Assembly: GCA_965116905.1 (NCBI GenBank) | Contig: OZ220732.1 | Span: 576,001 to 640,000, forward strand | Direction of reading: 5' to 3' | Origin: Longimicrobiales bacterium | GTDB taxonomy: Bacteria; Gemmatimonadota; Gemmatimonadetes; Longimicrobiales; Gaopeijiaceae | Length of the DNA: 64,000 nucleotides | Part shown: positions 29,604 through 38,757 of the stretch, in pieces | Layout of the letters: each line of letters opens with the position of its first letter | Position numbering within the stretch: the first letter of the stretch is position 1 | Position numbers and translations under genes: made by a program | The notes under the pieces: model-generated | Seen by the model: only the letters and a program-made list of their open reading frames with translations | What the model was told of the DNA's origin: nothing | The model's database searches: none

Positions 29604-30536
29604 TTGCAGGATCCCGCGTTCAAAACGGTATTCTGCCATCCCGCGGCAATCGAGAGGTTGGTTCGTGGGTACGCTCCGGAGCATGCCGACAGGATCGACT
29701 TCTCGACGCTGGAGAAACTGGACGCCGAACTGGTCGGCGAGGCGCTTGTGCGGCGCTACCCCGACATGCTGTGGATCGCCCGGACCAACGACCGCGACAC
29801 CTCGGTGGTAGTCCTGCTGGAGTTCCAGGGTGCTCAGGATCGACTAATGGCGCTCCGGATGGCGGTCTACCAGCTCCTGACTGTCCAGCAACTGCTGCGG
29901 CGCCGACGATCATTGCGCTCCGACCGCTCGCTGGAGGTCCTGTCGTTCGTGATCCATCACGGCGAGGGAGTCTGGAAGGCGGCCCCGAGGCTTCGGAGAC
30001 TATTTCCGCATTGGGTGCCGGGCGACTACAGGCTGATCTCCCGCGGCGCGGGAGGATTCCAGGGCGATCTGGCCCAGACGATTCTGCAGCTGGAGCGAGA
30101 TCGATCTGTCGAAGGCACGCTGGCAGTCCTTGCGGAGTTGCGGCGGATTGCCGATGAGAGCAGAAGCGACTACGACCACCTGATGGCCGAGTGCGTTGCG
30201 GAAATGCTAGTATTGACGAGACGGATCACAAGAGCGCAGCTACGGGAGGTGAGGACGATGGCACAGGTGGACACTACGTATCAGCGGAGCCTGGAGGAGT
30301 TTGGGCAGAAGTGGTTTCGCCAGGGGCGCGATGAGGGGATCCGCCAGGGGCGTGATGAGGGGCAGGCCGCGATGTTGGAAGAATTGGCCTGCGAGAAGTT
30401 CGGTCCCGAGGCGGCCCGGCAGGTGTCTCGTCTGGTCGGACAGGTCTCGGTCTCCGGGCAAATGTCGATAGCCGTGAAGGCAGTGCTCGAGTCCACTACC
30501 GCCGAAGAGTTCCTGGCCCGCCTACGGAGACTCTGA
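29604..30536 (+). CDS. Rpn/YhgA-like PD-(D/E)XK nuclease (putative transposase family)
   Basis: DPAFKTVF.HP, DFSTLEKL, RRYPDMLW, LLEFQ, MALRM; C-terminal RQGRDEG repeats. Confidence 0.88.
   Translation: MQDPAFKTVFCHPAAIERLVRGYAPEHADRIDFSTLEKLDAELVGEALVRRYPDMLWIARTNDRDTSVVVLLEFQGAQDRLMALRMAVYQLLTVQQLLRRRRSLRSDRSLEVLSFVIHHGEGVWKAAPRLRRLFPHWVPGDYRLISRGAGGFQGDLAQTILQLERDRSVEGTLAVLAELRRIADESRSDYDHLMAECVAEMLVLTRRITRAQLREVRTMAQVDTTYQRSLEEFGQKWFRQGRDEGIRQGRDEGQAAMLEELACEKFGPEAARQVSRLVGQVSVSGQMSIAVKAVLESTTAEEFLARLRRL
30258..30536 (+). CDS. Putative intragenic small Rpn antitoxin (Rpn-S, 92 aa), in frame
   Basis: Internal GGAGGTG (30245-30251) 6 nt before the in-frame ATG at 30258. Confidence 0.7.
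   Translation: MAQVDTTYQRSLEEFGQKWFRQGRDEGIRQGRDEGQAAMLEELACEKFGPEAARQVSRLVGQVSVSGQMSIAVKAVLESTTAEEFLARLRRL
30318..30362. repeat. 24-bp tandem repeat in the Rpn C-terminus
   Basis: cgccaggggcgYgatgagggg x2. Confidence 0.9.
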
Positions 30537-31724
30537 ACCTCCGCCCAGTTCGGCCAGCAGCTGACGGACGACCTCGAGCACGAACTCGGGCGTCTCGTAG
30601 GGGTAGTTGTGGCCGGTACCCGGCGGGGTGTGGATGAGCCGCGTGTCGCTCGAGACCTCCAGGTACCGCACCCGCACGCGCTCGAAGAAGTTGACCGCCC
30701 GACGCGCCGCGCCTTCTTCCATCTCCAGCGGCTCGATAATCCCGGTCGCGTCCTCGTCCGGAATCACGACCAGAACAGGCAGGTCACCGAGTTCGCCGTC
30801 GTAGACCACGAGATCGGGCGCGGCCGCCGATACGAAGTCCGCGCTGAACTCCTGGAAGATTGAGGCAGTCGCGAACGACGACGCCGGACGCCGCGCATTG
30901 GCCGCCATCGCTTCGCCCACGTCGGCCAGGAGCGCGCGCTGCTTGCGCAGCACCTCGCCGATCTCGCCCTCCGCTTCGGCCATCGCCAGTTCCGGATTGG
31001 TCCAGCCGCCGAAGAGCTTGTCGAGACCCTGCTGCTCGGCATCCCGCACCAGTCCGTCCAGCGCCGCGGCGCCGTACGCAGGCGCGTAGATGAAAGCGTC
31101 GGGCGGCGATGCGTCGAGGAGCACCACAGCCGCCGTCCGCTCCGGGTATCGGCGGGCGAAGTTCGCGGCCAGCAGTCCGCCGTAGGAGTGTCCGGCCAGC
31201 ACGAACGGGCCTTCCTCACCGGCTTCTGTCAGCAGGGTCGCGAGTTCGACCGCCTCGGTCGCGGTGCGTCGCGGAAACGGGCCCGGATCGCTCCATCCGG
31301 TGCCAGGGCGGTCAAAGAGGATCGAGCGGGTCTCGTCGCGGACCGCCGCGTGCAGGTGATGCAGCGCCAGCCCCTGCGCATGGCCCCCCGGGATCCAGAT
31401 GACCGTCGGCCCGCCGGCGGCGTCCCCCTCGGCGAGGATGTGCATCCGGTAGCCACCGACGTCGACCAGAGCGCCCGGAGGCGGGTGCGCATCGGCCAGA
31501 CGGCGGATCTCGACCATGGACATCGCGGCAGCGATCAGGACAAACGCTGCGAAAGCACCGACAAGCACTCCCAAACCCCTGAGCCCGCGGGCCCGCCCCG
31601 TGGGTTGCCCCGCCCCGACGTGACGCGAGAAAACCAGGAGGATGACGCTGATCGCAGCCACACCCAGACCGATGGCGACACCACCCCACGGGTGCGATAG
31701 CAGTGGATAGAAGGGGGTTGGCAT
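30522..31724 (-). CDS. Membrane-anchored alpha/beta hydrolase
   Basis: Two N-terminal hydrophobic helices; VDVGGYRMH, FDRPGTGWSD, GHSYGG, TGHN. Confidence 0.87.
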   Translation of the reverse strand: MPTPFYPLLSHPWGGVAIGLGVAAISVILLVFSRHVGAGQPTGRARGLRGLGVLVGAFAAFVLIAAAMSMVEIRRLADAHPPPGALVDVGGYRMHILAEGDAAGGPTVIWIPGGHAQGLALHHLHAAVRDETRSILFDRPGTGWSDPGPFPRRTATEAVELATLLTEAGEEGPFVLAGHSYGGLLAANFARRYPERTAAVVLLDASPPDAFIYAPAYGAAALDGLVRDAEQQGLDKLFGGWTNPELAMAEAEGEIGEVLRKQRALLADVGEAMAANARRPASSFATASIFQEFSADFVSAAAPDLVVYDGELGDLPVLVVIPDEDATGIIEPLEMEEGAARRAVNFFERVRVRYLEVSSDTRLIHTPPGTGHNYPYETPEFVLEVVRQLLAELGGGSESP

Positions 31725-31844
31725 GACGGGGCTGAAGCTGGCGTGCCGCCGGGCGCTGCGCCAGCCGGGACGGGTTCGCGTCGACCGCGGCTGGACGGCT
31801 ACCATTGGGGTTCGTCGGCCCTGCCCCGTGACCGTGAGGAAGTC

Positions 31845-33917
31845 ATGCGACCTTCTTTTGCACCCGCGCTCAAGCCCTTGTTCGCGGCTGTCCTGTTCGC
31901 AGCCATCGCAACCGTACGCGGCGCCGCACCCGCCGCGGCCCAATCCCCTGTCCTCGATGCGTTCCGCGCCCAGATCGCGCTCGAGTCCGTGGGAAGCCCC
32001 CGGATCTCGCCGGACGGAGGCATGATCGCGTTTTCCGTGACGACGACCGACTGGGAGGCCAACCGCTTCAACCAGGAGATCTGGCTCGTGGCAGGGGACG
32101 AGGAGCCCTTCCAGCTCACTCGCACCGAGCCGGGTAGCAGCACGGGGCAGCAGTGGTCGCCGGACGGATCCCGGCTGGGCTTCATCGCCGACCGTGGCGA
32201 CGGCGCGCAGGTTTACATCATCCGTCCCGAAGGCGGAGAGGCCGAGCAAGTCACCTCCCACGACGGGGGGATCAGCGCCTTCCGGTTCTCTCCCGACGGC
32301 AGCCGGATCGCCTTTGCGGCCACCGATCCGGCACCCGACGACTTTGAAGAGCGCGAAGAACGCTACGGCGACTACGCGGTCGAGGACGCGGACTTCCGCA
32401 TGACCCATCTCTGGGTGACGGACGCACACGCGGGCGCCGAGCCTCGCCGCCTGACGGGAGGGGACGACTACACGATTGGCGGCGGCTTCGGCGGCAGCGC
32501 GTTCGAATGGTCGCCGGACGGTCGCGAAATCGCCTTCGGCCACACGCCGACGCCCCAGGTCAACTCCTTCCCGCACGCCGACATCTCCGTCGTTGACGTG
32601 GACGAGGGAACGGTTCGCACGCTGGTCGCGGAAGCAGGCTCCGAGCGCGGCCCCATGTGGTCGCCGGACGGCTCGCAAGTCCTCTATTCCACAACCGCGG
32701 GCGCCAACCCGTTCTACGGCAACACCGAACTCGCCGTGGTCGCAGCGGGCGGTGGCGAGCCGCGTATCCTGACCGCCGGTTTCGACGAGAACCCGGCACC
32801 CGTGGCCTGGACGGACGAGGGCGTGTTTTTCGTCGCGTCACAGCGCACCGCGCGCCACCTCTTCCTGCTCGATCCCGAGTCGGGCGAGGTGTCGCTCGAG
32901 GCGGACACCCCCGAGATGATCGTGACGGCCGACCTCTCGAGCGACGGCTCCGTGATGGCGCTGCAGGGCGAGGACCGGACCCGCGTTGGCGAGATCTTCC
33001 GCGTGGCGCGGCGGACGGGCGCCTCGCGCGTGGCCACCGCCATGCAGCCCGTCACCGACATGACCTCGCAGGTTGCCGACTGGGGCGACCTCGGCGCGCG
33101 CGAGGTCATCCGGTGGGAGAGCGAGGACGGCGCCGAGATCGAGGGAGTCCTCATGAAGCCTCCGGGATACGACCCCAGCCGCACCTATCCGCTCATGGTG
33201 GTCATCCATGGCGGCCCGACCGGCACGTCCCGTCCGCAGCTGGTCGGCGGCTACGTGTACCCGGTCCTTGAATGGCTCAGGAAGGGCGCCGTGGTCATGA
33301 TGCCCAACTACCGGGGCTCTGCCGGCTATGGTGCCGACTTCCGCGCCCTCAACGTGCGCAACCTGGGCGTCGGCGACGCCTGGGACGTTCTTTCCGGCGT
33401 CGAGGCGCTTGTCGACCGCGGTATCGCCGACCCGGAGCGCGTCGCGGCCATGGGCTGGAGCCAGGGCGGCTACATCTCCGCCTTCCTGACCACCTCCAGC
33501 GACCGCTTTCGTGCGATCTCGGTGGGCGCAGGCATCTCCAACTGGATGACCTACTACGTGAACACGGACATCCACAGCTTCACCCGCGAGTACCTCGAGG
33601 CGACCCCGTGGGACGACCCCGAGATCTACGCGAAGACCTCGCCGATGACCTATATCAAGCAGGCCAGCACACCGACGCTCATTCAGCACGGCGAATTCGA
33701 CGCACGCGTCCCCACACCCAACGCCTACGAACTCTACCAGGGTCTCCAGGATGTCGGTGTCGACACCCGGCTGATCATCTACAAGGGCTTCGGCCACGGG
33801 ATCACCAAGCCGCGCGAGCGCCTCGCCGCCATGTGGCACAACTGGGAGTGGTTCGCCCGCCACATCTGGGGTGAGACGGTCGAGATGCCGATCACCGAGG
33901 GGGAATTCGGGCGATGA
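31845..33917 (+). CDS. Secreted S9 family peptidase
   Basis: Signal peptide; IHGGP, PNYRGS, GWSQGG, HGEFDARVP, GFGHG. Confidence 0.92.
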   Translation: MRPSFAPALKPLFAAVLFAAIATVRGAAPAAAQSPVLDAFRAQIALESVGSPRISPDGGMIAFSVTTTDWEANRFNQEIWLVAGDEEPFQLTRTEPGSSTGQQWSPDGSRLGFIADRGDGAQVYIIRPEGGEAEQVTSHDGGISAFRFSPDGSRIAFAATDPAPDDFEEREERYGDYAVEDADFRMTHLWVTDAHAGAEPRRLTGGDDYTIGGGFGGSAFEWSPDGREIAFGHTPTPQVNSFPHADISVVDVDEGTVRTLVAEAGSERGPMWSPDGSQVLYSTTAGANPFYGNTELAVVAAGGGEPRILTAGFDENPAPVAWTDEGVFFVASQRTARHLFLLDPESGEVSLEADTPEMIVTADLSSDGSVMALQGEDRTRVGEIFRVARRTGASRVATAMQPVTDMTSQVADWGDLGAREVIRWESEDGAEIEGVLMKPPGYDPSRTYPLMVVIHGGPTGTSRPQLVGGYVYPVLEWLRKGAVVMMPNYRGSAGYGADFRALNVRNLGVGDAWDVLSGVEALVDRGIADPERVAAMGWSQGGYISAFLTTSSDRFRAISVGAGISNWMTYYVNTDIHSFTREYLEATPWDDPEIYAKTSPMTYIKQASTPTLIQHGEFDARVPTPNAYELYQGLQDVGVDTRLIIYKGFGHGITKPRERLAAMWHNWEWFARHIWGETVEMPITEGEFGR

Positions 33918-35302
33918 GCGCACAAACGGGCGAGCCGATGGACCGGCGGACCTTCCTCGGAGCCGCGGCGGTCGCAGCGGCCGGTACAACGCTGGAGACC
34001 GGAGCGAACCTGACCGGTGATCGGACACCGGCCGAAGCCGCGGACGCCTCGAGCCGGCAGGCCCCCGACATCAAGGGGTACGTGAAGCCCGGCCTCGAAT
34101 CCGTCCGCGAGACCTTCGCCACCAACGCGCGCCTCATGGGCACCGGCGGCGCGGCCTTCGCGGCCACCCACCAGGGCGAAATCGTCGTCGATCTCTGGGC
34201 GGGGATGGCCGACCACGACCGCCCGTGGTTGCGCAACACCCGCGTCCATGTCCAGTCCACCAGCAAGGCGGTCACCGCGGCCACAGCGATGGTGCTCTAC
34301 GACCGTGGCGAACTCGACCTCGACGCAACCGTCGGCCGCTACTGGCCCGAATACGCCACCAACGGCAAGGAAGGCACCACGGTCCGCATGCTGCTGAGCC
34401 ACGCGGCGGGCTCCACCCAGCTGCCCGGCTATACCGAACTGCTCGACCTCGACGGCAACGGCTTCGACCAGTACGACGAAATCGCCCGGCGCCTGGCCGC
34501 GGCCGAGCCCGACTGGGAGCCCGGAACCGCGCACGGCTACCACGGCTACACCTACGGCAACCTGGTCAGCGAGGTCGTCTACCGCGTTGCGGGCAAGCGT
34601 GCGGGCGAGCTCCTGCGCGACGAGATGGCGGGGCCGTGGGCACTCAACACCTGGCTGGGCACACCCTATGAAGAGCAGCGCGATCTGGCCGCGATCAAGC
34701 CCTGGCCGGAAGCGCCCGTGCACGAGTCTGTGGCGGAGATGTACGCGAATGTCACGGCCCAGATGGCAGAGATGGATCTGTCCGCTCTGACCGATCCGTC
34801 GACGTGGCAGTACCACGCGGCATTCCGAGGGCTCCTGGGCGGTCCGATGGACGTGTTCATGCTTCAGGTCGGGCGCCTGTGGAGCCAGCCGAAGGCGCTG
34901 GCCGCCGAGTTCGGTGCCGCCAATGTGACCACCGACGCCCGCAGTCTCGCGCGACTCTACACGCCGCTCGCCATGGACGGCGTGCTCGACGGTCGACAGG
35001 TTCTACGGCCCGAGACCGTGCGCGAATTCACCACCCCGACCCCACCCGGCGGTCCCGACCTGCTGATTGGCCTCGAGCAGAAGTGGACTCCAGGGAGCCA
35101 TCACGCGAACAACTCATTCTTTCCGGCGCTTCCCCCGATCTATGGCCCCAATCCCGACGCCTTCGGGATGAGTGGCGGGGGCGGCAACTACGGCTTCGCG
35201 GACCCCGCGGCCGGAATCGCGGGTGGCTTCGTGCGCAACCACTACAGCAACACGATGGGGCTCAGCGCGCTGCTGGTGGACGCGCTCTACGAGGCCCTGT
35301 GA
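33914..35302 (+). CDS. Tat-exported serine hydrolase (beta-lactamase class C/EstB-like)
   Basis: DRRTFL signal; STSK (SxxK), LLSHAAG, WEPGTAHGYH. Confidence 0.88.
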   Translation: MSAQTGEPMDRRTFLGAAAVAAAGTTLETGANLTGDRTPAEAADASSRQAPDIKGYVKPGLESVRETFATNARLMGTGGAAFAATHQGEIVVDLWAGMADHDRPWLRNTRVHVQSTSKAVTAATAMVLYDRGELDLDATVGRYWPEYATNGKEGTTVRMLLSHAAGSTQLPGYTELLDLDGNGFDQYDEIARRLAAAEPDWEPGTAHGYHGYTYGNLVSEVVYRVAGKRAGELLRDEMAGPWALNTWLGTPYEEQRDLAAIKPWPEAPVHESVAEMYANVTAQMAEMDLSALTDPSTWQYHAAFRGLLGGPMDVFMLQVGRLWSQPKALAAEFGAANVTTDARSLARLYTPLAMDGVLDGRQVLRPETVREFTTPTPPGGPDLLIGLEQKWTPGSHHANNSFFPALPPIYGPNPDAFGMSGGGGNYGFADPAAGIAGGFVRNHYSNTMGLSALLVDALYEAL

Positions 35303-35312
35303 AATGGGTTCG

Positions 35313-35328
35313 CGTTTCAGCTGAAACG
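35313..35328. repeat. Perfect 16-bp palindrome CGTTTCAGCTGAAACG, copy 1
   Basis: Intergenic; identical to 40581-40596, and the flanks also match in inverted orientation. Confidence 0.9.
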
Positions 35329-35352
35329 TATCCGACAGCATTGGAGACCGTC

Positions 35353-38300
35353 ATGCCAAGAACAGCTCCCATATTCTCCCTCGCCCTGATCGCCGCCCTC
35401 CCCACCCTGGCCGTCGCGCAGGACGCCGACGAGTGGAGCATCGAGGAATCGCGGGCTCCTTCCACCACCCCCCTCAGATTCACCGCGTCGGAAGGCACGT
35501 GGATCAGTCTCGATGTCTCGCCGGACGGACGGCACATCGCGTTCGAGCTGCTCGGGCACATCTACGAGATGCCGATCGAGGGGGGCGACGCCGTGGCGCT
35601 TACCGGCGGGCGCTCGTGGAACAGCTTTCCGCGCTACAGCCCGGACGGGACGCGGATCGCGATCACCTCGGACAGGGGCGGGAGCGAGGACGTGTGGATT
35701 CTGGATCGCGGAACGGGGGATGCGGCGGATCCGGGCGACGCGGCCGCCATTGACCCGCCGGAGAACGTCACGAAGATGGCGCTGCCGGTCGTGCAGGGAT
35801 CCTGGTCGGCCGACGGGCGGGCCATATACGCCTCGGCGCTGGAGCAGGACGGGAGCATGACCGCGTACCGCTTCAACCTCTTCGGCTCGCGCCAGGAGAT
35901 TGCGTCGGGAACGACTTTCCAGGCGATCACGCACTTCGACGAGCACCCGGAGCGCGCCGTCCTCTTCTACGAGCACGTCGACCGGCAGATCCCCCAGAGC
36001 GGCGCGCGCATCAAGACCTACGACCTCGAGACGGCCAAGATCCGCGTCCACCGCGAGCGGCCCGGCGGCGCTTTCAACCCTGCGCTCTCGCCCGACGGGC
36101 GCCACCTCGCCTACGGACACCGCGACGACCGGGACGTGGTCCTCGTCGTCCACGACCTGGAGACGCGGTCGGAGCGCGTGCTGGCGCGGGGACTCGACCG
36201 CGATCACCAGGAATCGGGCCCATACTACCATGGCGTCGCCCCGAACTGGGACTGGCACCCCGACGGGACGCACCTTTACCTGACCAGGGACGGCGGGATC
36301 CACGCTGTCGACATATCGTCGGGCGAGATCACCGAAGTCCCCTTCAGCGCCCTCGTGGACCGCCAGATCGACGAGACCATCCGCTTCCCCTTCGAGTTCC
36401 CGGAGGGCGAGACCCGGGCGTGGTCCTACCGCTTCGCACACCGCACCCCCGCGGGCGTCGTCTTCGAGGCGCTGGGCGACATCTGGCTGGCTGGGGACGA
36501 CGGCGACGGCGGTGTGCGCAATCTCACCCAGTCATCCGCCCACGAGACCAGTCCGGTGATCGACGCGGACGGCGGCTGGCTCTACTACGCGACCTGGACC
36601 GACACCGACCTCGGAGCCGTCCACCGCCGGCCACTCGCGGGCGGCGCAGCGACCGAAGTGTCATCCCGCCCCTCCCAGTACATGTCGCTGGCGCTGGGGC
36701 CAGACGGCGCCCTCGCCTTCATCCGGGGGGCCGGCGGCCTCATCAACGGCGCGCGCATCGAGGAGGAGACCGACTTCGAGCTCGTCGTGGTGGCGGGCGG
36801 CGAGGAGCGCAGAGTCACCGATGTGCGCGGCAGCGTCATGGCACAGGGGCGCGCGCCCCACACCGTCCGCTTCGACGACGCCGGCGAGTGGATCTACTAC
36901 ACCGAGTTCGTCCTGGGCACAGTCGCGGCCAACTCCGGCCTGAGCGCCGACACGCTGGTCCTCCGCCGCATCCGCCCCGACGGCACCGGCAAGGCGACCC
37001 TCTACCGCTTCCCGCACGCCGAACGCGCGGTCCTCTCCCCGGACCTCGCCTGGATCGCGTTCCGCGAGTACCAGCGCAGCTTCGTGACGCCCTTCGAATG
37101 GATCGGCAAGCCGGTCACGATCTCGGCCTACGACGGCATCGGCTTTGCCAGGCGCATCGACCCGTCCGACGGCGCGAGCATGGCCTGGTCGGATGCGGCG
37201 ACCGTGTCGTGGCCGCGGGGAGGCACGTTCCACGAGAAGGCGCTCGACGACATCCTTGCCGGCACCGACGGCACCCGGACCACCGACATCACGGTCCGCT
37301 TCGAGGTGGCCCTGCCCCGTACGACCATTGCGCTGACCAACGCCCGCGTCGTCACGATGGACGAAGGGCGAAGTGTTTTGGAGAGTGCGACGATCCTCGT
37401 GCGGGGACATCGCATCGCAGAGGTGGGACCCCATGTCGTCGTGCCTGCGGAAGCGCGCGTGTTCGATCTCGCGGGCCACACCGTCATACCTGGCCTCGTG
37501 GACGCGCACGCACACTCGGTCGGGCAGCTCGCGACGACGCAGCTGATCGAGCAGCGGCTTCCCGGCGTCACCGGCTCGCTGGCCCACGGCGTCACCACAC
37601 TCTACGAGCTCTACGGGTCCGAGGAGAAGGAGCCCTGGGTCAGCGACATGATCCGCTCCGGCCGCATGGATGGCCCGCGGATGCTCTCGGTCGGCGCGCC
37701 CATGTACGGCATCCGCGAGTACCGTCCGCGCACCTACCGCCCGATCGCCTCGTACGACGACGCCGACCAGCACGCCCGCTTCAGCCGCGACATGGGGATC
37801 ACCGCGCTCAAGGATTATGTCAACTTCACCCGCGCCGACCGCCACCAGCTGATCACGGCGGCGCGTGAGCGGGGGCTGAACGTGCTTTCCGAGACGGCCG
37901 CGATCCCCCCGATGAACTTCACGCAGATCATCGACGGCGTGACCGGGCTCGAGCACACGATGGGGCTGACGCCCCTCTACGGCGATGTGGTCGAGCTCTT
38001 CCGCGCGAGCGGGACCGGTGTGACGCCCACCCTGCTCGTCGTCTACAACGGCCCGGTGGGCCAGGCGTACTTCGACCAGTCACAGCGCTACTGGGAAGAC
38101 GAGAAGCTCCTGCGTTTCAGCACGGAAGAGCGGCTGCGCGGCCGCTTCCGCCGGGTCACGCACTACTGGGACGACGACCTGTATTCGCCCGAGATGGTGG
38201 CCGCGATGAAGCGCCTCTTCGACGCGGGCGTGCTGATCAACGCGGGCGGCCACGGCCAGATGCCCGGGCGCGACATGCACTGGGAGATGGAGCTGTTCGT

Positions 38301-38571
38301 GCAGGGCGGATTCTCGGAGATGGACGCCCTGCAGACGGCGACGCGGAATGCGGCGGTGTACCATGGCCTCGGCGCGGACCTGGGCACGATCGAGGCCGGC
38401 AAGCTTGCGGATCTGGTGGTGCTGGGCGCGAACCCGTTGGCGGACATCCGGCATACGCAGGCGGTCGTGTACGTGGTGAAGAACGGGGTGGTGTACAGCG
38501 GAGAGGACGCGGCGCGGGTGTATCCGGGGCCGGTGGCGGCGCCGGCGATGTACTTTCAGCGGGAGAGGTGA
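35353..38571 (+). CDS. Secreted amidohydrolase with N-terminal TolB/PD40 beta-propellers
   Basis: GGAGA RBS; signal peptide; EGTWISLDVSPDG, PGLVDAHAH, GGHGQ, GTIEAGKLAD; paralog of 16537-19944. Confidence 0.9.
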   Translation: MPRTAPIFSLALIAALPTLAVAQDADEWSIEESRAPSTTPLRFTASEGTWISLDVSPDGRHIAFELLGHIYEMPIEGGDAVALTGGRSWNSFPRYSPDGTRIAITSDRGGSEDVWILDRGTGDAADPGDAAAIDPPENVTKMALPVVQGSWSADGRAIYASALEQDGSMTAYRFNLFGSRQEIASGTTFQAITHFDEHPERAVLFYEHVDRQIPQSGARIKTYDLETAKIRVHRERPGGAFNPALSPDGRHLAYGHRDDRDVVLVVHDLETRSERVLARGLDRDHQESGPYYHGVAPNWDWHPDGTHLYLTRDGGIHAVDISSGEITEVPFSALVDRQIDETIRFPFEFPEGETRAWSYRFAHRTPAGVVFEALGDIWLAGDDGDGGVRNLTQSSAHETSPVIDADGGWLYYATWTDTDLGAVHRRPLAGGAATEVSSRPSQYMSLALGPDGALAFIRGAGGLINGARIEEETDFELVVVAGGEERRVTDVRGSVMAQGRAPHTVRFDDAGEWIYYTEFVLGTVAANSGLSADTLVLRRIRPDGTGKATLYRFPHAERAVLSPDLAWIAFREYQRSFVTPFEWIGKPVTISAYDGIGFARRIDPSDGASMAWSDAATVSWPRGGTFHEKALDDILAGTDGTRTTDITVRFEVALPRTTIALTNARVVTMDEGRSVLESATILVRGHRIAEVGPHVVVPAEARVFDLAGHTVIPGLVDAHAHSVGQLATTQLIEQRLPGVTGSLAHGVTTLYELYGSEEKEPWVSDMIRSGRMDGPRMLSVGAPMYGIREYRPRTYRPIASYDDADQHARFSRDMGITALKDYVNFTRADRHQLITAARERGLNVLSETAAIPPMNFTQIIDGVTGLEHTMGLTPLYGDVVELFRASGTGVTPTLLVVYNGPVGQAYFDQSQRYWEDEKLLRFSTEERLRGRFRRVTHYWDDDLYSPEMVAAMKRLFDAGVLINAGGHGQMPGRDMHWEMELFVQGGFSEMDALQTATRNAAVYHGLGADLGTIEAGKLADLVVLGANPLADIRHTQAVVYVVKNGVVYSGEDAARVYPGPVAAPAMYFQRER

Positions 38572-38608
38572 GGGGGCACGCTGCTCGATGAGGGGGCACG
38601 CTGCTCGA
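38569..38608. repeat. 20-bp tandem duplication beginning at the stop codon
   Basis: tgagggggcacgctgctcga x2. Confidence 0.95.
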
Positions 38609-38612
38609 ATAT

Positions 38613-38637
38613 GTATTTTACGTAAAATACGTATTTT
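38613..38637. promoter_or_regulatory. AT-rich palindromic operator/promoter candidate
   Basis: Perfect 18-bp palindrome gtattttacgtaaaatac containing TAAAAT; 38618-38637 recurs at 40602-40621 (18/20). Confidence 0.65.
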
Positions 38638-38757
38638 GTCGGGTGCCTACTCCGTCGCCCACGGCGGAAGATGCACGGCAACCCGTCGTATGTCATATTT
38701 CGGGCACCCCGATCCCCGCCGACGGACGGGGGTAGGCGGCAGCCCCGGAGGTATCTC

